This document shows positions 17,410 through 24,003 of a stretch of 56,737 nt of DNA, in pieces. Numbering within the stretch: position 1 is the stretch's first letter; the number at the start of each line of letters is the position of its first letter. This DNA comes from an uncultured Enterobacteriaceae bacterium (GTDB lineage: Bacteria; Pseudomonadota; Gammaproteobacteria; Eutrophobiales; Eutrophobiaceae). Position numbers and translations under genes: made by a program. Under the pieces are notes generated by a model. The model searched no databases, was not told the origin of the DNA, and saw only the letters and a program-made list of their open reading frames with translations. The stretch is taken from the NCBI GenBank assembly GCA_964402775.1, contig CAYOEQ010000001.1, positions 1-56,737 of the forward strand. The letters run 5' to 3'.

Positions 17410-18419
17410 GCAAGCAATCCCCGGTCCAGTCCGTCCCGGCCGCGCCTGATCAAATCGGCGAAGCCGCCAATATCGATGTTTGAACCACAGACTATGAGTG
17501 CGACCCGTTTGCCCCTGAGCCGGTCTGCAAGAGGCCCGAATGCAGCGGCCGTGGTGGCGGCCCCGGCAGGTTCGACCGCCAGTTTCATGTGCTCAAACAG
17601 GATGGCGGCCGCGGCTGCGAGCTCGTCGTCCGATACCAGGACCAGGTCATCCAGCGAACGCTCGCACATCGCATAGCAGTAGTCGGCGGTGAACGGCGGG
17701 GCCAGGCTGTCGGCTATCGTCGACAGTTCGGTGAGACTCTGCGCCGAACCCGCTTCCAGGCTTTTCTTCATCACGGCGGCCCCTTCGGGTTCAACCCCGT
17801 AAACCTTGCAGCCCGGATTCAGCAACCCGGTAACCACCCCGACACCGGAACACAACCCGCCGCCGCCGATGGGCACGACCACCGCATCCAGGTCTGCCAC
17901 CGCAGCGTGCAACTCAAGGCCACAGGCGCCGGCGCCTTCCGTTACCCGCTTGCCTTCGAACGGGTGGATAAAGGTTCGCCCCTCTTTTTCTACTATTTCC
18001 TCGACCATCGCAAACCCCACAGGCCCGTTTTCCGCTATCAGTATCTCTGCGCCCAGGCTGCGGGCGATCTCAACACGGGCCGGGTTGGCGCTGGCCTGCA
18101 TGACCACTTTTGCACTTGTATCGACACAGCGCGCCGCGTAGGCCGCGGCAATGGCGTGGTTGCCCGAGCTCATCGCGGTAATGCCCCGGACAAGCTGGCC
18201 GGGCGACAAGGCCAGCGCATTATTGACCGCGCCGCGCACCTTGAACGTACCGGTTCGCTGGAACAACTCCAGCTTCAGGGATAACTCCGTGTCCGCGCCG
18301 AGCCGGGAAGCGACCGTATCCCCCTCCCAATGAAAGACCGGTGTCACCCGGGTATAAGGTTTCAGTCTCTCGGCGGTTAAACGGAATTCCTCCAGGGTGG
18401 GCGGATTGTGCTCATTCAT
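17406..18419 (-). CDS. PLP-dependent threonine/serine dehydratase-like enzyme (PALP family)
   Basis: PLP-lysine motif TGTFKVRGAVN, plus SSGNHA and PIGGGGLCSG. 337 aa. Confidence 0.85.
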   Translation of the reverse strand: MNEHNPPTLEEFRLTAERLKPYTRVTPVFHWEGDTVASRLGADTELSLKLELFQRTGTFKVRGAVNNALALSPGQLVRGITAMSSGNHAIAAAYAARCVDTSAKVVMQASANPARVEIARSLGAEILIAENGPVGFAMVEEIVEKEGRTFIHPFEGKRVTEGAGACGLELHAAVADLDAVVVPIGGGGLCSGVGVVTGLLNPGCKVYGVEPEGAAVMKKSLEAGSAQSLTELSTIADSLAPPFTADYCYAMCERSLDDLVLVSDDELAAAAAILFEHMKLAVEPAGAATTAAAFGPLADRLRGKRVALIVCGSNIDIGGFADLIRRGRDGLDRGLLA

Positions 18420-18448
18420 TCGAAAATGCCGTCACGCAGTAAAGATCA

Positions 18449-19546
18449 TTACTTGTCAGCCAGGCCTGCAAGCGCCTGGCGTATAACCTGCTCCGAGCGA
18501 AACCATACCGATGCCCGCCATTCCCGGTCGTCAGGAAAATGGCTCTCCAGCATCCTTGATTTGATTTCCTTTCCCGGTTCGCTGTCCACGTCACCATGAT
18601 ACGTCAACCAGTGGTCATCGACCAGCGCACGCAGGTTGACGTCCTGGACGTCGCTGGTGCCGAACTCCAGGACGATGGAAACAATATCCCCGTCATTGCC
18701 GGGTCTGCCGTTTGCAAGTACCGCCGACAGGCCGTCGCTGGGATGGCCGGTCGCGGGATGATGTGGCCGTTCAGGGTCGCGGTCCCGTTCACGCGGCGCT
18801 ACCAGCCACTTTCCGAATATTTCCCGCGCCGCGCGTAACCGCTCACCCGTATGCATACATACGGCCATACCATAACCGTAGGGACCCAGGCCCGAATGGT
18901 AATCGACATGGCAGACCTTGCGGGCATCTCCGCCATACTTGAGCAACAGGCTGCAAAACAACTCGTTCGACCACGTTGCCCTGTTGCCGCCGTAACCGAA
19001 TCCCTCGGGGTGCGCGTACTGTCCTCTCATCAATGCATCAACGAACCCCTGGTTTTCCTCATCCGACAAGTAACCCGATAACGTGTTGCAGAACCGGGAA
19101 TACGTCTCTTCCGAAAACAGGTGGCAGATACGCTCATAATCAGGATTCACGGGCAACGGTCTGTTGAAATCGACGAAGTTCCGGGCAAGGTCAACGTTAT
19201 CCTCCGTATTCCGCCGCAGGTGATGCGCGCCCCATGGGTTGAGCGCGTGGATAAACAGTACGGCTGTGCCGCTTGGCATATCGGCAAACCTGTCCTCCAT
19301 GATCAGTCCCGTCTGGCAGCCTGAACCGCACATAAGCTCGGGGCCATGGAGACCGGAACTGAGTATCAGCAGCTTGTCTGCGCCCTCCTCCCCGATATAA
19401 GCGACGTCACAGGCCAGTTCAACATCACCTGACGCTGATAGCGGGTGATGAAAGGTCTCTGTCCCCTGGCTTTTTTCCCTGCACGCGGCAATGAACCGGG
19501 ATCGCGCACTCTGGTAGTCACGCCTGAAATAGTTGTTTATATCCAT
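18449..19546 (-). CDS. DUF2817 / M14-like zinc hydrolase (succinylglutamate desuccinylase-aspartoacylase superfamily)
   Basis: 365 aa. HxxE...H-type motifs GLHGPE and DYHSG, plus IHALNPWG. Its start codon directly abuts the AraC stop (TAGATG). Confidence 0.7.
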   Translation of the reverse strand: MDINNYFRRDYQSARSRFIAACREKSQGTETFHHPLSASGDVELACDVAYIGEEGADKLLILSSGLHGPELMCGSGCQTGLIMEDRFADMPSGTAVLFIHALNPWGAHHLRRNTEDNVDLARNFVDFNRPLPVNPDYERICHLFSEETYSRFCNTLSGYLSDEENQGFVDALMRGQYAHPEGFGYGGNRATWSNELFCSLLLKYGGDARKVCHVDYHSGLGPYGYGMAVCMHTGERLRAAREIFGKWLVAPRERDRDPERPHHPATGHPSDGLSAVLANGRPGNDGDIVSIVLEFGTSDVQDVNLRALVDDHWLTYHGDVDSEPGKEIKSRMLESHFPDDREWRASVWFRSEQVIRQALAGLADK

Positions 19547-20593
19547 CTACACCGCGATCCGGGTATGTCCGGTCCTTACCTGTCTGGGAGTTGCTCCAAA
19601 GTGCTTCCTGAACGCCGTGGTAAAGTTGCTCGAATACTCGTAACCCAGGTTCATGGCGATTTCAGTAATTGTCATCTCCGTATTAGCCAGCAAATCACAG
19701 GCCTTCTCCATGCGCGCCCGGTGCAGGTAATTATGTACCGTCGTGCCGATGGCCTGCCTGAATACCCGCATCAACTGGGTCTCGTTCCAGGACAGGGCTT
19801 TTGCCAGTTCACTGATGGTAGGCGCTTTCGACAGGTCATTCTCGAGAATTTCACATATTTCCGCGACACGTTTGATGTCCCGTTGCCGGAGCGGGGTTTT
19901 GTCCGAGCCCGCAGCCGTCCACATTTTTGATAACTGGTCCAGCGTGTAACAAAGCAATTCCAGGGTCTTGGCCTCGATCTGCAATTGTTGCAGGCGACCC
20001 GTGTAATTCGTCTCGAACAGGGACTTTACCGCAGAGATCATCTCCGGGCGCATACGCACGGCACAGTAATACATGTCCTTCTGCTCGCCGTACAGGAACT
20101 GCCCCAGGGGTGTGGACTTCAACAGCGAGGTGCCGGAAATGATTTCTTCCAGGAAATGCGGCTCACACAGCAGGGTGACCGACTGTTCATGCTGGTGGGC
20201 GGGGAAACACTCGACCTTTTTCATACCCGACGGCTGGATCAGAACGCCGAAAGTCAAGGGGTCCACCGGCTCCATTTCTCCCCCCTCGGCGCCTATCTCG
20301 CTGCTGCCGCTGTAACGGAAATGGAACTTGACCACGTCATCGCTTTCGCTCATGTCGCTGTGGGCGTAATCATGTTCCACGTCGCCTATCAGGACCGCCA
20401 ACCCTTTCCTGACCATGCAGATGTCCTTGGTGCCGTGGGTCTCCGGTACGGGCGTGGCCAGCCTCAGACCGAAATGGCGGTCATAGGGTTGCTGCTCAAG
20501 CGGCGCATACTTGGGCGGTATTTCAGGGAGCATGTCTGAAGCATCGCTTTCAGGGTTAATCGGAACCACCGTTTCCGCTTTGTTTTCAGGCAT
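19547..20593 (-). CDS. AraC-family transcriptional regulator
   Basis: C-terminal double HTH: ISELAKALSWNETQLMRVFRQ...ITEIAMNLGYEYSSNFTTAFRKHFGATPRQ. 348 aa. Confidence 0.9.
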   Translation of the reverse strand: MPENKAETVVPINPESDASDMLPEIPPKYAPLEQQPYDRHFGLRLATPVPETHGTKDICMVRKGLAVLIGDVEHDYAHSDMSESDDVVKFHFRYSGSSEIGAEGGEMEPVDPLTFGVLIQPSGMKKVECFPAHQHEQSVTLLCEPHFLEEIISGTSLLKSTPLGQFLYGEQKDMYYCAVRMRPEMISAVKSLFETNYTGRLQQLQIEAKTLELLCYTLDQLSKMWTAAGSDKTPLRQRDIKRVAEICEILENDLSKAPTISELAKALSWNETQLMRVFRQAIGTTVHNYLHRARMEKACDLLANTEMTITEIAMNLGYEYSSNFTTAFRKHFGATPRQVRTGHTRIAV

Positions 20594-20726
20594 AGTTAAA
20601 CCTCGACAATTCTGTTTTGCCCAGTCACGGGAGGCATTCCCGGCCGACGAATATTTTTTTCACACTGAAACCGGACTTTATTACATAATGACGCTTATTG
20701 ACAAACCTGATCGCAAAACTTCAGCC

Positions 20727-22208
20727 ATGTTAACTAATCTGCGAAGAAGAGATGTACTACGCCAACTCGGCGCCCTGGGGGTGACAGGCACTATCGGCCA
20801 GTTGTATTCGGGTTCCCTGTTTGCCGGGCCGGGCCAGGCTGCACAAGGGCTGGATCGGTTGGTAGCAGGCGAAGTCGTCAACCGCGACGATGATCAGTAT
20901 GAGGCGTGGCGCAACAGCATGGTCTGGCACCTGAGGAAACCTGATCGCTACCCGGATGCGATCATACGGGCGCAGTCCGAACAGGACGTTATCAGCGCGG
21001 TGAAATATGCCACGGACAACGGACTCAAGGTGTCAACCCGAAGCAGCGGACATAATTCCACCGGCGCCGCCTTGCGCGATGGCGGCCTGTTGATTGACCT
21101 GGCCTTGTTGCGTGACGTGGAGATAGATGCCGGCAGAAAAATTGCACGAATACAGCCGGCGCTGTGGTCCGAGCAGCTTATCCGGGAAGCCGGCAACCAC
21201 AGTCTCGCCTTCCCTGCCGCACACTGCCCCACGGTAGCGCTGGGGGGGTACCTGCTGGGCGGCGGCGCAGGCTGGAACCATGCCCATTGGGGGAGTGTTG
21301 CCTGCCACTCCATAAAGAGCGCCGAGGTCATCCTGGCCGGCGGCAGGAAGGTCACCGCCGGCGCTGATTCCTATCCTGACCTGTACTGGGCGGTGCGCGG
21401 GGTCGGCCCCGGTTTTTTCGGGATCGTCACCGGGTTCGAATTGCAGCTTTATCCCTTGCCGGGCGCCATATACACCAGCATGTATATCAGCCCCCTGGAC
21501 GAACTTCAGACCGTGGTGGCTTCCCTGGATGAGCTTAACCGGGTCAAGGATGAGCGTGTGGAGATACTGGTCCTGCTGATGCACGATCCGCAGGCGCCCG
21601 GCGACACACCGCATGGCGAGGCCAAGGTATGTATGGTAGGCGTACAGGCCTTCGCCGACACGGAAACGGAAGCAAAGTCGATGCTGGCCCCGTTTGCAAA
21701 GAGCAAGCTTGCCGCGGCAAGCGTGTTCAAGGTGGAGGAGCAGCCGTCTTCATTTGCAAAACTGTATAACCCGGAAAACGTCGATTCCGGGATTGGCCGT
21801 TATGCGGTAGATAACATCTGGACCGACGAACCGGGCCGTGCGCTGCTGTCGCTGGCGGATCATTTCAGGAACACGCCGTCGGCCCGCACCCACGTATTAT
21901 GCTCGTACGGGGTCAAGGCGGAACTGCGGGATGATGCCTGTTTTTCACGTATCGCCGATCACTATGTAGCGAGCTACCTGCTCTGGAACGATGCGGAACA
22001 CGACGAGGCCAACCACGCCTGGCTGAAACAGACAAACGACCTGCTGCAACCGTACAGCAAGGGCACTTATATCAATGAGATTGAAGCGACTCTGTTTCCG
22101 GAGCGGGTCAGGTCCTGTTTTTCCGGTGAGAGCTGGGCGCGTCTCGCCGAACTGCGTAAAAAATATGATCCCGACAATATCTTTCATACCTGGCTCGGGT
22201 ATGCATAG
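20727..22208 (+). CDS. Tat-exported FAD-linked oxidase with BBE-like C-terminal domain
   Basis: Twin-arginine motif MLTNLRRRDVLRQLG. PCMH-type FAD domain with RSSGHNSTG, the His position used for covalent FAD in BBE/VAO-type oxidases. C-terminal KYDPDNIFH. An alternative start is ATG 20688. The ORF-track start at 20511 overlaps the AraC gene and is rejected. Confidence 0.85.
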   Translation: MLTNLRRRDVLRQLGALGVTGTIGQLYSGSLFAGPGQAAQGLDRLVAGEVVNRDDDQYEAWRNSMVWHLRKPDRYPDAIIRAQSEQDVISAVKYATDNGLKVSTRSSGHNSTGAALRDGGLLIDLALLRDVEIDAGRKIARIQPALWSEQLIREAGNHSLAFPAAHCPTVALGGYLLGGGAGWNHAHWGSVACHSIKSAEVILAGGRKVTAGADSYPDLYWAVRGVGPGFFGIVTGFELQLYPLPGAIYTSMYISPLDELQTVVASLDELNRVKDERVEILVLLMHDPQAPGDTPHGEAKVCMVGVQAFADTETEAKSMLAPFAKSKLAAASVFKVEEQPSSFAKLYNPENVDSGIGRYAVDNIWTDEPGRALLSLADHFRNTPSARTHVLCSYGVKAELRDDACFSRIADHYVASYLLWNDAEHDEANHAWLKQTNDLLQPYSKGTYINEIEATLFPERVRSCFSGESWARLAELRKKYDPDNIFHTWLGYA

Positions 22209-22219
22209 CATTAATTTTT

Positions 22220-22258
22220 GGGGTCAGAGTAAAACTCACAGAGTTTTACTCTGACCCC
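22220..22258. repeat. REP-like element family 1 (18-bp perfect stem, 3-nt loop)
   Basis: GGGGTCAGAGTAAAACTCacaGAGTTTTACTCTGACCCC, 11 nt after the oxidase stop. Confidence 0.9.
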
Positions 22259-22282
22259 TACATTACTGGAGGCTCACTGAAA

Positions 22283-22759
22283 ATGCATACAGATAAAGAA
22301 TATTCCGATCGATTTGCGCAGGAAGTCATCGACCTGCACGTTTTTTTTGAAGACTGGTTCGGCGGCTACTGCGAGAACAGCGAGGAGGTTTTTGCGGAGC
22401 GTCTGCTGGACCGGATGCACAGAGATTTCAACATTATCCTGCCCGGGGGCATGATGATTTACGGGGCTCATTTCTGGCCTGAGTTCAGGAAACTGTACGG
22501 CAGCAACCCGGATTTTCATATCAGTATCCGCGCCGTTCAACAGCACCCGCTTCCCGGTGATTCAATATTTCTGGTGAACTACCAGGAATGGCAGAGGAAC
22601 GCCCTGCAATCCAAACCACAGGATAACGGGCGGCTGTCTTCGGCTGTTTTTGTTGCTGATAAGGATGCGCCCAACGGCATAAAGTGGTTCCATGTACACG
22701 AAACGTGGCTGCCCGATGCCGTTATCGCGGCAGAAACGTACGACTGGGAACATGACTAG
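22283..22759 (+). CDS. NTF2-fold protein (DUF4440-like), cytoplasmic
   Basis: 158 aa with no signal peptide. DUF4440-like pattern (VIDLHVFFEDWFGG..., ...WFHVHETW). It is bracketed by REP elements on both sides. Confidence 0.6.
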   Translation: MHTDKEYSDRFAQEVIDLHVFFEDWFGGYCENSEEVFAERLLDRMHRDFNIILPGGMMIYGAHFWPEFRKLYGSNPDFHISIRAVQQHPLPGDSIFLVNYQEWQRNALQSKPQDNGRLSSAVFVADKDAPNGIKWFHVHETWLPDAVIAAETYDWEHD

Positions 22760-22767
22760 TGTGTAAT

Positions 22768-22808
22768 GGGGTCAGAGTAATGTCTGACGAATTTCTTACT
22801 CTGACCCC
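22768..22808. repeat. REP-like element family 1, 41-nt subfamily with conserved loop
   Basis: GGGGTCAGAGTAATGTCTGACGAATTTCTTACTCTGACCCC. Its reverse complement nearly matches 55416-55455. It lies between convergent stops at 22759 and 22815. Confidence 0.9.
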
Positions 22809-22814
22809 TGGTTT

Positions 22815-23840
22815 CTACGCATCTGATCCGAGTAACGTATCGGTCAACCTGTCCTTGAATGTCTGGATGTCCTGCCACTTCGTGGCGCAGTGGACAAGGC
22901 GGCCGTTCCGGCTGTCCACCACGGTGTAGCCGTCATCCGTGACGCGCAGGGGCAGGTCTTCCATCACCAGGAATTCCTGTGAATACGCTGCATGAACGGC
23001 AACGGTATCGAACAGGGTCGTACTCATCAGGCCCGGATCAGTCCCCGGTTTGATGAAAGGCGCCAGGGGTAGCCAGATCCGGTAATTCTCGATCAAAGCC
23101 TTGAGCCAGGGATCTTCGCTGCGATAGATTCTCTGGTAATTCGCGCCGGTTAATGTTACCAGCCCGCAAGTGTCCAGCGGCGTGATGGTGCAATCCCAGG
23201 GGGCAGCGAATACCTGTTGCAGCGCTCTCGCGTCGGACTTGACGTTCCACTCTGCCGCCGGTGTCGCTACGCCATCGTAACCTTTGTAAATGGAACCGTG
23301 CATACCCACAAAACGGGCATTGCCCGCAATGGCAGGCTCCCGCCTGAGGGCCTCGGCGATATTGGGAACAGGCCCGATGCATAGCAATGTGACCGGGTCC
23401 GGAGATTGCATAACCGTATCGATCAGCGCTTGAACACCATCGCGGTACACCGTACCCGGATAGTCTTCCAGCCGATAATCTCCTATCCACCCGCTTTGCC
23501 TGCCTGGTTCGTCAACCGGATCAAGCCCCACTCCGACAGGTATATGGGTACAACCGGTGAGCTCCAGCAACTTTGCAAACAGGCGGCAACGATAGATGGC
23601 ATTGCCGAAATCGCTTACCGCGAGCTTCACGTCAAACTGCGGGGAACGAAGCAGCATCAGCAATGCCCAGGTGTCGTCTATGTCGTCGCCGATGTCGGAA
23701 TCAAGTATAACGGGTATCCTGCGCCCTTGCGCGCCGGGCAAGGACCGGTTTCCGGCAGAACCGGCTATCTGCGGAGGAAGCGTCCCGCCGGCCAGAAGCG
23801 CAAGCGATGTTTTAAGAAAAGAGCGTCTGGTTACAGTCAT
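22815..23840 (-). CDS. Tat-exported nucleoside hydrolase (IUNH family)
   Basis: Tat-type signal MTVTRRSFLKTSLALLAGG. Nucleoside hydrolase fingerprint VILDSDIGDDIDDTWAL. 341 aa. Confidence 0.85.
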   Translation of the reverse strand: MTVTRRSFLKTSLALLAGGTLPPQIAGSAGNRSLPGAQGRRIPVILDSDIGDDIDDTWALLMLLRSPQFDVKLAVSDFGNAIYRCRLFAKLLELTGCTHIPVGVGLDPVDEPGRQSGWIGDYRLEDYPGTVYRDGVQALIDTVMQSPDPVTLLCIGPVPNIAEALRREPAIAGNARFVGMHGSIYKGYDGVATPAAEWNVKSDARALQQVFAAPWDCTITPLDTCGLVTLTGANYQRIYRSEDPWLKALIENYRIWLPLAPFIKPGTDPGLMSTTLFDTVAVHAAYSQEFLVMEDLPLRVTDDGYTVVDSRNGRLVHCATKWQDIQTFKDRLTDTLLGSDA

Positions 23841-23847
23841 GTGAACG

Positions 23848-23879
23848 AAAAAAAGGGGACAGATTCAAAATCTGTCCCC
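23848..23879 (-). terminator. intrinsic-terminator-like hairpin (family 2) + U7, read on the minus strand
   Basis: The minus strand reads GGGGACAGATtttgaATCTGTCCCC followed by TTTTTTT. It ends only 7 nt before the ATG (23840) of the nucleoside hydrolase. Confidence 0.55.
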
Positions 23880-23894
23880 CTCACTCTGGTTGTC

Positions 23895-23915
23895 ATTCCG
23901 GGCTTGACCCGGAAT
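23895..23915. repeat. hairpin family 3 (ATTCCGGG-N5-CCCGGAAT)
   Basis: 8-bp arms. The motif is of the widespread proteobacterial ATTCCC/GGGAAT palindromic repeat type. Confidence 0.7.
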
Positions 23916-23928
23916 CCAGTCGAATAAA

Positions 23929-23947
23929 GTGTCGCCATGGGCGACAC
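23929..23947. repeat. hairpin GTGTCGCC-ATG-GGCGACAC
   Basis: 8-bp perfect arms with a 3-nt loop, lying between the two family-3 hairpins. Confidence 0.6.
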
Positions 23948-23960
23948 CTCGTTTCACTGG

Positions 23961-23980
23961 ATTCCCGCTTGCGCGGGAAT
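23961..23980. repeat. hairpin family 3 (ATTCCCGC-N4-GCGGGAAT)
   Basis: 8-bp perfect arms, 24 nt downstream of the TonB receptor C stop (minus strand). Confidence 0.7.
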
Positions 23981-24003
23981 GGCGAATGCAAATCCCGCAA
24001 GAT

